The notes under the pieces: generated by a model | Seen by the model: only the letters and a program-made list of their open reading frames with translations | Database searches by the model: none | What the model was told of the DNA's origin: nothing | In this document: positions 9,346 to 18,866 of the stretch, one piece after another | How positions within the stretch are numbered: position 1 is the first letter of the stretch | Layout of the letters: the number at the start of each line of letters is the position of its first letter | From: Candidatus Elulimicrobium sp. | GTDB lineage: Bacteria > Omnitrophota > Gorgyraeia > Zapsychrales > Fredricksoniimonadaceae | Length of the DNA: 57,715 nt | Direction of reading: 5' to 3' | NCBI GenBank assembly: GCA_020720365.1 | Contig: DYOU01000007.1 | Coordinates: forward strand, 1 to 57,715 | Made by a program: the position numbers and the translations under genes

Positions 9346-10388
9346 TAAGGACGTCAATTACGATACCGACATTGGTGCGGATCAAAGCAGGGGCTTTGGA
9401 TCGTCTTGGTTTGTATGTGGTCCGGGGGCAGTTTAAATCTGTGACTTTATTGTATAGCCAGGCATTGGATAATATGCTTGTGGCGCGAATGGATCAGTCT
9501 ATGGCAGGGCAAGGGATTAAAGTCCTTCAGCGGATTGAAGTGGGTTCGTCAAGTTTTGAACATGCGCATGAAGTGTTTCATGCATTGCCGCGGGATACCG
9601 ATGTGATCATAGGGTTTGGTGGGGGGAAGGCGCTTGATGTCGCTAAATATGTGGCGTTTCTGGCGCGGCTTTCGTATATCGCTGTTCCCACATCATTATC
9701 GAATGATGGCTTTTGCAGTCCACAATCCAGCCTTGAATTCAAGGGGATCAGGCGGTCATTCCCGGCGGCAATGCCGTATGGTGTTGTTGTTGATATCGAG
9801 GTGGCGTTGAATGCGCCGAGGATCCTGTGGCTTTCCGGTATTGGAGATATCGTTTCAAAAATAACGGCTGTTTATGATTGGAAGCTTTCTTTTAAAGTAA
9901 AAGGAACTCAAGTCGATGATTTTGCGGCCCTGCTTTCGGATGCGACTGTTTTTCAGCTGATGGCTAAACCCGACAGGGATCTTGATGGTATGCGTTTATT
10001 GGCTACGGCACTGATGTTGAACGGGATCGCCATGGAAATCTGCGGATCGTCGCGTCCGGCAAGTGGCAGCGAACATTTGATCTCACATGCGCTGGATCTG
10101 GTGAGCAAACGGCCGCGCTTGCATGGATTGCAGGTGGGAGTGGCCACTTATATGGTCAGCCAGTTACAGGGACGAGGTTCTCAGCGTATCGCTAACCTGT
10201 TTGATCAAACAGGTTTTTGGGATGCGATCCGTCAGGATCCGTTCGATCGGGATGAATGGATCGAAGCTATTAAGCAAGCTCCGTTGGTCAAATGTAATTT
10301 CATATCTATACTTTCAGAGCAAGATCATACTGAAGATCTGGTGAAGATTTTGGATGTTGATCCATATTTGAAAGGAGTATTCCGTTGA
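9342..10388 (+). CDS. sn-glycerol-1-phosphate dehydrogenase-like enzyme (EgsA/AraM family)
   Basis: GGGKALDVAK, PTSLSNDGFCSP, GIGDIVSK..A..DW, SSRPASGSEHLISHALD and HGLQVG metal-binding motifs. Overlaps the HAD gene stop (ATGA). Confidence 0.8.
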   Translation: MIRTSITIPTLVRIKAGALDRLGLYVVRGQFKSVTLLYSQALDNMLVARMDQSMAGQGIKVLQRIEVGSSSFEHAHEVFHALPRDTDVIIGFGGGKALDVAKYVAFLARLSYIAVPTSLSNDGFCSPQSSLEFKGIRRSFPAAMPYGVVVDIEVALNAPRILWLSGIGDIVSKITAVYDWKLSFKVKGTQVDDFAALLSDATVFQLMAKPDRDLDGMRLLATALMLNGIAMEICGSSRPASGSEHLISHALDLVSKRPRLHGLQVGVATYMVSQLQGRGSQRIANLFDQTGFWDAIRQDPFDRDEWIEAIKQAPLVKCNFISILSEQDHTEDLVKILDVDPYLKGVFR

Positions 10389-13300
10389 GATCTTTAGCTA
10401 TTCACAGTTTTTTGTCTCGTTGGGATCGTTCTAATATTTTATTTTTTTCAATACTCTTGATTTGTTTGTTGGGGCCGGTATTGGTTATTGTGTCATTGAT
10501 ATATTCTCAGGTTCGGGAGGAGACGAAGAATTCTTATGTGTCTGAAAGGCAGAATAATATCGACATATTGGGGGTATTGTTGGGAGAGAGGATAGAAAAG
10601 ATCAGGGATATTGGTATTTCTTTGGCTACAAGTCCGGTGGTGGTGAAAAATATTAAAGAAGATAAGTGGGAGGAGGCTCTTTCAGCCGTTGTTGATGTTA
10701 AAAAGGTAGCTGCTTCGATCAAGCGTATTCTTTTGGTAGATACAACATCGAAGATTATGGCAGATACGGAGAAGCTTGATAATGCCATTGGGACATCGAG
10801 GGGGGAAACAGATTGGTATAAAGGAGTAAGCCGGACGTGGGAACCATATGTTTCAGAGGTTGTCTATCGTTTTGCTATTCCTCGGGTAAATGTAGTGAAT
10901 GTTGTTATACCTGTTTTGAGCGGATCTTCCCTGGATGGCGACCGAACTGGTCCATTGAAGGATGGAGAGAGGGTTATTGGGCTTATTGTGTTACAGCTGA
11001 TGCTTGAACAATTTTCGGATATTGCTCAAAGTGCTTATAAAAGATTTTATGAAGGTGAGTTGCTGGTGGTGGATCAGAATGGTCATTTGATTTACAGTTC
11101 AATCCGGAAAATGACGGGAGTTTTGATAGATCTGTCTTCAGATAGATATGTTAGCCAGGTGATGAAAGAGATAAAAGGAAGTTCGTCAGGTTCATTAAAG
11201 AAGCGGATTGGCAGTGATCTGGTATTAGCGCAAAAGGTAAAGAAATATAACTGGCACATTATTTTGATTGAGCCGTTCGCAAACATTGAGGCCATGCTTG
11301 ATCAGCGAATACATATGTTTTACTGCCTGATCTTTGGGGGTATGGTTGTTTATGTTCTTATGGTGCTGGTTGTCATGATATTATTATTTGTGACACGTCG
11401 GAGTAATCGTTTATTAAATACCGAGCGGGAGAATCTGCAGAAGATATTTGATGTGGTTCAGGTCGGGTTAATTCTTGTCGGAGAGAAATGTGAGGTGCGG
11501 AGATTTAATCGTGCTTTGGAAAACATGATTCATCGTCCTTTGATTCTTTCAAAAGGGCTTCGGATTGGTGAAATATTATGTGGTGTGAAGTCGGCGGATC
11601 TGGATTCTCCTTGTGGAGAAGCACCTCGTTGCGTCGATTGTCGTATTAACAGCATAATTGTTCAAACATTAAAGAGTGGGACAATTTCTCAGCGTCATGA
11701 GGTTTGTAAGGATATTATGGTCGATAGCCAGATTCAGGAGCGTTGGTTTCTGGTGCAGGCAGCGCCTATGGATATGGGGAGTGAACAACAGGTTCTTCTT
11801 TCGCTGATAGATATTTCGGAGAGTAAGGAAACAGAGCGGGTTGTACGTCTGGCCCAGGAGCAGGTCCTTAAGAGTGAGGCCTGGTGGAGGTCTCTGATTC
11901 AAGAGGTTCCGGCGGTTGCTTTTGTCCTTGAGAAGGAAGGAGTCGTGCGATCGGTGAACAGGTCTTTTGCCGGGATAGCGGTAGAAGAATTGGTGGGGAA
12001 TCCTGTGGACAGGTTCCTGGACGTTAAGCAGGGAGAGGCTTGGGTGCAAGGTTTAAAGGCTGTTTTTGAAAACAAGGAATCTGTTATTTTTGAATCTTCT
12101 GTCCGGACATCCTTGGGGGATGTGGTCTGGTATGAGAATCATATCGGGCCGATTGAAGCAGAGAAAGAATATGTTGGGGCATTATGCCTGTCTTTTGATA
12201 TTACGCAACGTAAGCACAGTGAATCACTCTTGCTTAAAATGTCGTTGGCGGTTAAATACAGCCCGGTTGCAGTGGTTATTACGGATCGTCGGGGCAGGGT
12301 TGAATATGTAAATGCCAGATTTACAGCATCAACAGGGTACAGGATGGATGAGGTGAATGGGCAGGTTTTGCGTATTCTGCGTGAAGGGGAGCTGTCTGAT
12401 GATCGTCGTCAAGATCTTTTGAAGAAAGTATATTCAGGCCAGGAATGGAAGGGTGAATTTGTTGAAAGGACCAAGGAAGGTGTTGAATTGTTTGAAATGG
12501 TCACGGTATCGCCAGTTATGGATACGACGGAAAAAGTGACGCATTTTATTGTGCTTAAAGAAGATATTACAGAACACTATTTGTTACAAAAGCAGAAGGA
12601 AAAAGATCTGCTCTTTTTGAAAGGATTTTTGGATGCGATACCGAACCCGGTATTTTACAAGAATCGTGCGGGTGTATATTTGAGCTGTAACAGATCTTTT
12701 GAAGAATATTATGGTAAATCACGAGCAGAGATCATTGGCCGGACTGTTTATGATATTGCTCCAAAAGCAATGGCGGATGTTTATCATGCGCATGATGAGA
12801 AAGCATTTCTTGAAGGGACGGGAAGTTCTTATGAGGCCAAGGTGCGGTATTGTGATGGTACTGATCATGATGTGATGTTCTTTAAATCTATTTTGCATGA
12901 CCAGGAAGGAAAGATCAGCGGACTTGTTGGCGTTATGCTGGATATTACAGAGCGCAAGGGCATGGAAGAAGATTTGCGTAATAGTGAAGAGCAGTTGATG
13001 AAAGCGTTGGAAGAGGTGAAATCTTTTAATATGCAGCTTGAAAATACCCAGGATATGCTGGTTCAACAGGAGAAGCTTGCGGCGATCGGTTTCTTGGCGG
13101 CGGGAGTTGCCCATGAGATCAATAATCCTTTAGGTTTTGTGAATGGGAATTTGCAGTCCTTGGGGGAGTATTCCAATGCCTTGATTGAGGCAGTAGGGTT
13201 AATAATACCGGTATTTGAAGCGGTGGATTCGGGTGATATGGGCAGGATCTCCCAGGCCAAGGAAAAATTGGCAGAGGTATGGGAGAAACGCTCGGTGGAT

Positions 13301-14638
13301 TATATTCTGAAAGACATCAAAGGGCTTTTGGCCGAGAGCCAGGAAGGGATAGACCGTATTAAAACGATCGTTCTGGGGCTTAAGAATTTTTCCCGGACTG
13401 ATGGCGGTGAAATGGTGATGACGAATATCAATGAATTGATCGATAGCATGGTAACGATTGTCTGGAGTGAGTTGAAGTATCATGTGGAATTGATTCGAGA
13501 GTATGGATCTATCCCATTGATACCTTGTAATTCGCAACAGTTGGGGCAGGTGTTTGTTAATTTGCTGGTGAACGCCTCTCAAGCGATCAAAGAACACGGG
13601 GTGATCACATTGCGTACGTTCTTTCGGGATGGCGGGCTTGTGGTTGAGGTCAAGGATACGGGTTGTGGTATACCAGAAGCTATTCGCACCAAGATATTTG
13701 ATCCATTTTTTACAACTAAAGAACCAGGAAAGGGGACTGGCCTGGGGTTAAGCATCAGTTATGATATTGTCAAGAAGCACGGCGGGCATATTGATGTTCA
13801 AAGCCGGATCGGAGAAGGTACAACGTTTTCAGTTATTATTCCTGTTCGGCAGACAGAACCGATTCAGAAAAGAGGAGAAGGTATGATAAAGAAAGCATTG
13901 TGTTTAGGGATTATGGGTGTGTGTCTGGCCGCTGGCGCGGCTTTCGCTGAGGAAGTGCGGATCGGAGCAGGCGCTGCGGCGACAGAAAATATTTTCAAGA
14001 AGATACAAGCTCCATTCGAACAGGCAACAGGAGTTACTTTATTTATTGAATCGAGCGGCCCGATAGATGGTTTCAAGAAGATGGATGCCGGCGGTTTGGC
14101 TGCTGTTGTGGCAGGAGTTGAGTTTAATGAGTGGATCGCTATGTTGGAGAAAGACGGTTATAAGGTAGCCGATAAGGCGGCTTATGTACAGCAGGTGATC
14201 GGTAAGGATATTATCAAGGTTATTGTGAATAAGGAAATCGCTGTGGCCAGTCTTTCTAAAGAACAGTTGAAGGGTGTTTTTACCGGAAAGATCACGAATT
14301 GGAGTGAGCTTGGCGGACTTGACATGGAGATCGGGGTTATTTTTGCTGAACAGATCCAGGGAACGCAGAATATGGTCAAGAAAGTTGTGATGGATGGGGA
14401 AGAATATACAGGAGACCGGATCGAAGTAGCAACGGCTGATGATGTAAAGAAAAAGGTTGTTGAGACTCCGGGTTCTATTGGCCTTGTACCGCAGTCTTTG
14501 GCTGATGAGGCTGTAACGGTGCCGGCGATCCCTGAGATCGGACGTACGATCATTCTTGCGACCAAAGGGGTTCCGAATCCCGCTGTGCAGAAAGTGTTGG
14601 ATTATATCAAGGGAGATGGCCAGGCTTTGATCAAGTAA
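10385..14638 (+). CDS. Sensor histidine kinase (TM-dCache-TM, about 4 PAS, HisKA, HATPase) reading in-frame into a periplasmic binding protein
   Basis: [12 protein letters not shown]-box, [11 protein letters not shown]-box, [14 protein letters not shown] and GTGLGLS. There is no stop before the binding-protein sequence starting at 13883. Confidence 0.85.
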   Translation: MRSLAIHSFLSRWDRSNILFFSILLICLLGPVLVIVSLIYSQVREETKNSYVSERQNNIDILGVLLGERIEKIRDIGISLATSPVVVKNIKEDKWEEALSAVVDVKKVAASIKRILLVDTTSKIMADTEKLDNAIGTSRGETDWYKGVSRTWEPYVSEVVYRFAIPRVNVVNVVIPVLSGSSLDGDRTGPLKDGERVIGLIVLQLMLEQFSDIAQSAYKRFYEGELLVVDQNGHLIYSSIRKMTGVLIDLSSDRYVSQVMKEIKGSSSGSLKKRIGSDLVLAQKVKKYNWHIILIEPFANIEAMLDQRIHMFYCLIFGGMVVYVLMVLVVMILLFVTRRSNRLLNTERENLQKIFDVVQVGLILVGEKCEVRRFNRALENMIHRPLILSKGLRIGEILCGVKSADLDSPCGEAPRCVDCRINSIIVQTLKSGTISQRHEVCKDIMVDSQIQERWFLVQAAPMDMGSEQQVLLSLIDISESKETERVVRLAQEQVLKSEAWWRSLIQEVPAVAFVLEKEGVVRSVNRSFAGIAVEELVGNPVDRFLDVKQGEAWVQGLKAVFENKESVIFESSVRTSLGDVVWYENHIGPIEAEKEYVGALCLSFDITQRKHSESLLLKMSLAVKYSPVAVVITDRRGRVEYVNARFTASTGYRMDEVNGQVLRILREGELSDDRRQDLLKKVYSGQEWKGEFVERTKEGVELFEMVTVSPVMDTTEKVTHFIVLKEDITEHYLLQKQKEKDLLFLKGFLDAIPNPVFYKNRAGVYLSCNRSFEEYYGKSRAEIIGRTVYDIAPKAMADVYHAHDEKAFLEGTGSSYEAKVRYCDGTDHDVMFFKSILHDQEGKISGLVGVMLDITERKGMEEDLRNSEEQLMKALEEVKSFNMQLENTQDMLVQQEKLAAIGFLAAGVAHEINNPLGFVNGNLQSLGEYSNALIEAVGLIIPVFEAVDSGDMGRISQAKEKLAEVWEKRSVDYILKDIKGLLAESQEGIDRIKTIVLGLKNFSRTDGGEMVMTNINELIDSMVTIVWSELKYHVELIREYGSIPLIPCNSQQLGQVFVNLLVNASQAIKEHGVITLRTFFRDGGLVVEVKDTGCGIPEAIRTKIFDPFFTTKEPGKGTGLGLSISYDIVKKHGGHIDVQSRIGEGTTFSVIIPVRQTEPIQKRGEGMIKKALCLGIMGVCLAAGAAFAEEVRIGAGAAATENIFKKIQAPFEQATGVTLFIESSGPIDGFKKMDAGGLAAVVAGVEFNEWIAMLEKDGYKVADKAAYVQQVIGKDIIKVIVNKEIAVASLSKEQLKGVFTGKITNWSELGGLDMEIGVIFAEQIQGTQNMVKKVVMDGEEYTGDRIEVATADDVKKKVVETPGSIGLVPQSLADEAVTVPAIPEIGRTIILATKGVPNPAVQKVLDYIKGDGQALIK
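13883..14638 (+). CDS. Periplasmic substrate-binding protein (PBP_like_2/PstS-like), probable internal start
   Basis: RBS AGAGGAG at 13871-13877, ATG at 13883, signal peptide [44 protein letters not shown] is a PstS-like motif. Confidence 0.75.
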   Translation: MIKKALCLGIMGVCLAAGAAFAEEVRIGAGAAATENIFKKIQAPFEQATGVTLFIESSGPIDGFKKMDAGGLAAVVAGVEFNEWIAMLEKDGYKVADKAAYVQQVIGKDIIKVIVNKEIAVASLSKEQLKGVFTGKITNWSELGGLDMEIGVIFAEQIQGTQNMVKKVVMDGEEYTGDRIEVATADDVKKKVVETPGSIGLVPQSLADEAVTVPAIPEIGRTIILATKGVPNPAVQKVLDYIKGDGQALIK

Positions 14639-14658
14639 GAATAGCGTAAGTTATTGAA

Positions 14659-14689
14659 CCTTGTGATCGCAGGGTCACAAGGGGTTTTT
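14659..14689 (+). terminator. Intrinsic terminator after the binding-protein sequence
   Basis: Stem CCTTGTGATC/GGTCACAAGG followed by GGTTTTT. Confidence 0.6.
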
Positions 14690-14710
14690 ACTCCAATTGA
14701 AGGGTGCTTT

Positions 14711-15094
14711 GTGAAAAAAATTCTTGTTGTTGATGATAATGCCGTGAATCGTCAATTGATCCTTGAGGTATTAAGAGAACATGCGGAGTGTGTTGAGGCG
14801 GTAGATGGCGTGGAGGCTTTTGAGAAATACCAGGAGTCTGCGGATTCGTATGACCTGGCACTACTTGATATTGCGATGCCGAGGATGGATGGGATTGAAT
14901 TATTGAGGCAGATCCGCAGGTATGAAGAACAGCGTCAGGTTTTGCCAGCGGATCGCTTGCCGGTTATTCTGGTGACGGCTTTCCCGGATCGTGTTCCTGA
15001 AGGCATGGAAGAGGGGGCGATTGATTATTTGGTTAAACCTCTCTTTTCCCGGATACTGATCGTTAAGGTGGAAGAACATTCAAAAAAACGTTAA
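14711..15094 (+). CDS. Single-domain response regulator (CheY-like)
   Basis: GTG start, KKILVVDDN, LLDIAMPRMDG, LVTA and DYLVKP. Confidence 0.9.
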   Translation: MKKILVVDDNAVNRQLILEVLREHAECVEAVDGVEAFEKYQESADSYDLALLDIAMPRMDGIELLRQIRRYEEQRQVLPADRLPVILVTAFPDRVPEGMEEGAIDYLVKPLFSRILIVKVEEHSKKR

Positions 15095-15234
15095 CGTATT
15101 TGTTCAGCCTTCTTAAGAAATCGTGTATAATCGCATTTGTACTTTTTCTATATAATTTGGATATTATAATCTGTTTTTGATAGAATGTTTTTAGATTTCA
15201 ATCTTAAACCGATCATAAATAGAAAAAATAGATT

Positions 15235-16887
15235 ATGTCTGAAAATAAAGTAATGAAATTGGGTGAAGTTCTTCTGGAAGAAGGCTTGGTCACTCATCAG
15301 CAGTTGATGCACGTGCTACAGTTGCAAAAAGGAAATCCCCGCAAGATAGGGGAGATATTTGTTGATGAAGGGATCATTACGGATCAGCAGTTGTCGCAGG
15401 TTCTCGCCCGGATCTTTCAGCTTCCTTTTGTTTCTTTAACGGATATTACTATTGACGATAAGGTTCTCGGGCTTGTTGCTTTTGATGTTCTTAAGCGGAA
15501 CAAGATGCTCCCGTTCGAACTGAATGGTACTTCCCTGAAAGTCGCTACCAGTAATCCTTTGGATGTTACCGCTTTGCAAGAGATCCAGTATATGAGCGGG
15601 TTCCAGGTTAATCCTGTTGTGGCCGGAGCGAAGGATATCAAGGATAATCTTGACAAGTACTCGTCGGCGATAACCGCGGCGGCCGCGATCAAGATCGGGA
15701 TCGATTCTTCTGTGGATGCCACGCCGATCATCAAGCTGGTGGAGTCTCTCATCGGACGGGCGATCAAAGAACGCGCTTCGGATATCCACCTTGAACCACT
15801 GGCATCGGTTATGCGCGTACGCTTTCGTATTGACGGTGTCCTTTATGAAAAGACGCCGATCGCCAAGAATCTTGAGCGTAAAGTCCTTTCTCGTATCAAG
15901 ATCCTGTCGGGGATGGATGTGGCGGATTCCCGCCGGCCTCAGGATGGGCGTTTGTCGATGCCAGCCCAGTTTTCCGAATATGATCTGCGTGTTTCCACTC
16001 TTCCGGATATTATGGGTGAGAATATGGCCTTGCGTATCCTGGACAAATCATTCACCAAATTCTCTTTTGATACGCTCGGGATGAGCGAGGCGGAAGTAGA
16101 GATTATTCAGAAGATCATTAAACGGCCTTACGGGATCATTCTGGTCACCGGGCCGACAGGCGCGGGTAAGACGACGACCCTTTATTCAATGTTGAACGGC
16201 CTGAATACTCCCACAAGAAATATTATTACCGTTGAAGATCCTGTTGAGTACAAGCTTGCCGGGATCAGCCAGACCGCGATCAATGTGCGGTCAGGGTATA
16301 CTTTTGCAACGGCTATACGCCATATGTTGCGGCATGATCCGAATGTTATTATGATCGGGGAGATCAGGGATCAGGAGACAGCGGATATCGCTATTCGTGC
16401 GGCTTTAACCGGGCATTTGGTCCTATCTACCTTGCATACCAATACAGCGGCGGGCGCTATCATGCGCCTGCTCGATATGGGGATCGAGCCGTTTTTGATA
16501 CAATCATCGATCATTGCCGTTATTGCCCAGAGGCTTGTGCGCCGTTTATGCCCTCATTGCAAGAAAGAATATGTGGTCTCTCCGGAAGTGCGCGAACGAA
16601 TCGCACAGGATTGTCCTGTGCCGGAAGAGCTCAAGTTGGCCGAGCCAGTGGGCTGTGATCAGTGTGTTTCTACCGGCTATATGGGACGGAAGGCTGTTTA
16701 CGAATTGCTTCAGGTGAATGAGGGTATTCGTAATTTGATCCTCAAGTCTCCCAGTGAACATGATATTTCACAGGCAGCGCGTGCGCAGGGTATGAAGACA
16801 TTACGTCAGGCGGGCCTTGCGAAGGCGGTTGATCTTACGACTTCATTAGCCGAGGTCATGGGTATAACATTTATGGAAGGTGATTAA
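15235..16887 (+). CDS. pilB: Type IV pilus assembly ATPase PilB/GspE with MshEN-like N-domain
   Basis: ASDIHLEP, RPQDGR, Walker A GPTGAGKTTT, TVEDPVEY, RHDPNVIMIGEIRD, LTGHLVLSTLHTN and CPHC..CDQC zinc motif. Confidence 0.92.
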   Translation: MSENKVMKLGEVLLEEGLVTHQQLMHVLQLQKGNPRKIGEIFVDEGIITDQQLSQVLARIFQLPFVSLTDITIDDKVLGLVAFDVLKRNKMLPFELNGTSLKVATSNPLDVTALQEIQYMSGFQVNPVVAGAKDIKDNLDKYSSAITAAAAIKIGIDSSVDATPIIKLVESLIGRAIKERASDIHLEPLASVMRVRFRIDGVLYEKTPIAKNLERKVLSRIKILSGMDVADSRRPQDGRLSMPAQFSEYDLRVSTLPDIMGENMALRILDKSFTKFSFDTLGMSEAEVEIIQKIIKRPYGIILVTGPTGAGKTTTLYSMLNGLNTPTRNIITVEDPVEYKLAGISQTAINVRSGYTFATAIRHMLRHDPNVIMIGEIRDQETADIAIRAALTGHLVLSTLHTNTAAGAIMRLLDMGIEPFLIQSSIIAVIAQRLVRRLCPHCKKEYVVSPEVRERIAQDCPVPEELKLAEPVGCDQCVSTGYMGRKAVYELLQVNEGIRNLILKSPSEHDISQAARAQGMKTLRQAGLAKAVDLTTSLAEVMGITFMEGD

Positions 16888-16888
16888 A

Positions 16889-18094
16889 ATGGCATATTTT
16901 ATTATTCATGTCAAAGATGATAATGGCCGGAATCTTCAGGCGGTAATTGAAGCCAAAGACAAGAATGAAGCCAAGCAAAAGGTCCGGAACGAGAATTATT
17001 TTTTTATTTCGGCAGAACCTTGCAAGAAGGATGCGGTTTTTTCAAGGAGTGTGCCTTTTAAAAGCCTGGCCATGTTTACGCATCGGTTAATGTCCATGCT
17101 CGAGACGGGTATTCCGATCCTGGCGGCCATGAATATTCTCTGGCGTCAGACGGAAGATACCACGATCCAGCTGGTTGTCAGTCATCTGAAGCTCCAGCTG
17201 GAAGAGGGGGCTTCCATATCGGCAGCCATGGATGATTTTCCGAAGATCTTTCCGCCTGTTTATCGTTCTTTAATGAGGGTTGGTGAGATGGGGGGGTCGC
17301 TGGTGCCTATCTTGCGTAAATTATCTGAATATCTGGACTACCAGTCGAAAGTGATTGAACGTACCAAACGGGCCACGATGTATCCGACTTTTGTGATCGG
17401 GTTCGCTCTCGTTGTGATCATTGCGATGTTTGCGTTCGTTGTGCCTACATTTCAGAAGGTTTTGTTCAAGTTGAATGTGCCTCTGCCGATGGTGACCAAG
17501 ATCGTCCTTATTTTTTCCAGTATGATCCGTTCGCCGTGGTTCATTATTGGGTTTCCGCTTGTGCTGATCATTGGGTATAAAGTATTCACGGAATGCAAGA
17601 AGGATAAGCGGATGGGGCTGGCGATTGACCGTATGATCTTCAAGCTGCCGTATTTTGGCGAGATCCTTTATCTTTTTTCCCTGAACCATGTTATTCGTTC
17701 TTTAAGTATTCTTTTGGGAGCGGGTGTACCGATCATGGACAGTTTTGACCTGGCGAGTGCAACGGCCGCGAACAAGGTCACAACAGCTGAGATGACTTCA
17801 GTCAAGACCCAGCTGGAACAGGGGAGGTCTTTATATGATTCCTTCCGCAGTATTAAAGAGTTTCCTGTCATGTTGGTGGAAATGATCGGTATTGGTGAAT
17901 CAAGCGGTCTCTTGGTTAATGTATTAGAGAAGGTAACTAAACACTTTGATGAAGAGGTGGATTACCAGATCAACCGCTTTTTGACGATCCTGGAGCCTGC
18001 GCTAACGATCTTTGTAGGGGTGATCGTTGTGGTGACACTTCTGGCGATCTACCTTCCGATCGTGAGTATCTGGCAGGGGTTGATGAATAGATAG
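16889..18094 (+). CDS. pilC: Type IV pilus platform protein PilC/GspF
   Basis: Two GspF repeats (GEMGGSL, GESSGLL), YPTFV, FVVPTF and LEPAL..YLPI. Confidence 0.92.
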   Translation: MAYFIIHVKDDNGRNLQAVIEAKDKNEAKQKVRNENYFFISAEPCKKDAVFSRSVPFKSLAMFTHRLMSMLETGIPILAAMNILWRQTEDTTIQLVVSHLKLQLEEGASISAAMDDFPKIFPPVYRSLMRVGEMGGSLVPILRKLSEYLDYQSKVIERTKRATMYPTFVIGFALVVIIAMFAFVVPTFQKVLFKLNVPLPMVTKIVLIFSSMIRSPWFIIGFPLVLIIGYKVFTECKKDKRMGLAIDRMIFKLPYFGEILYLFSLNHVIRSLSILLGAGVPIMDSFDLASATAANKVTTAEMTSVKTQLEQGRSLYDSFRSIKEFPVMLVEMIGIGESSGLLVNVLEKVTKHFDEEVDYQINRFLTILEPALTIFVGVIVVVTLLAIYLPIVSIWQGLMNR

Positions 18095-18128
18095 TAAATA
18101 GATAATAATTGTTTGGTTGCTTTAAGAG

Positions 18129-18157
18129 AAAGCGGGGGTGAATACCCTCGCTTTTTT
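18129..18157 (+). terminator. Intrinsic terminator after pilC
   Basis: Stem AAAGCGGGGGT/ACCCTCGCTTT plus T-tail. Confidence 0.8.
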
Positions 18158-18313
18158 AATTTTTTCAATATTAAAGTAACTTTTTTAAAAATAATTCTCC
18201 AGTTTCTCGCATTTTGTTTTTTAAAACAACACCATTATTTCTTATCCACTTACATTTTGTGCTTTATTATGCACAATTCAGGGAAACGGTTTCTTCCCTG
18301 AAGGCCTCCTCAC

Positions 18314-18341
18314 TTGCTTTATGACGATCCTCGTATATACT
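18314..18341 (+). promoter_or_regulatory. Putative sigma70 promoter of the major pilin
   Basis: TTGCTT, 16 nt, TATACT, about 60 nt upstream of an AGGAGG-led ATG. Confidence 0.5.
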
Positions 18342-18401
18342 TTCCATAAGGCTTCCCCATTGAGTGTGGTGAGGCATGCTAACAATAACTAGGAGGTTGA
18401 T

Positions 18402-18776
18402 ATGGGAAAAGTTTTAAAGAAAGGTTTTACATTGGTAGAAATTCTGATCGTATTGGTGGTTATCGGGATCATCCTTGCTGTGGTGCTTCCTAATACGTTG
18501 AGAGCTATTGAAACAGCTAACGTGCGTGATTCAGCGGCAACATTAAGGTCTATTGATACAGCCATTAATGTTTGTTATGCGCAGACGCGTGTATGGGGAT
18601 CATGTGATTCGATTGCGGAATTAACGGGTGCAGTTCCGCCTTACCTGGATGCATTGCAATCGCCTAATGATCCTTTCGGTGTACCGTATGCGCTTCAGGC
18701 GACGGTTTCCGGTGGTTGGGAATCGATTAAAATTACACATTTTCCACTTTGGCCGGCACTGGATCCACATCTTTAA
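18402..18776 (+). CDS. Type IV prepilin, probable major pilin
   Basis: KKG|FTLVE class III signal with Glu5 and a hydrophobic helix, a Cys pair and DPFG. It has its own promoter and a strong RBS. Confidence 0.85.
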   Translation: MGKVLKKGFTLVEILIVLVVIGIILAVVLPNTLRAIETANVRDSAATLRSIDTAINVCYAQTRVWGSCDSIAELTGAVPPYLDALQSPNDPFGVPYALQATVSGGWESIKITHFPLWPALDPHL

Positions 18777-18799
18777 TAATGGAGTTGAACCTGTTGGTT

Positions 18800-18825
18800 C
18801 GGAGGGTGCTTGAGGGCACCCTCCG
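18800..18825 (+). promoter_or_regulatory. GC-rich stem-loop between pilin and pilMN
   Basis: CGGAGGGTGC/GCACCCTCCG perfect 10-bp stem with no U-tail. Confidence 0.6.
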
Positions 18826-18866
18826 GACAGCGGGAAAGATCATTAACCTACTGAAAAGAAGACGAT

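Noticed and set aside
14654-14710. Upstream TTG start for the response regulator
   Set aside because: The extension crosses a terminator hairpin, and the receiver domain begins at GTG 14711.
18113-18301. 62-aa ORF between pilC and the pilin
   Set aside because: It runs through a terminator and an AT-rich promoter region, with a TTG start and no RBS.
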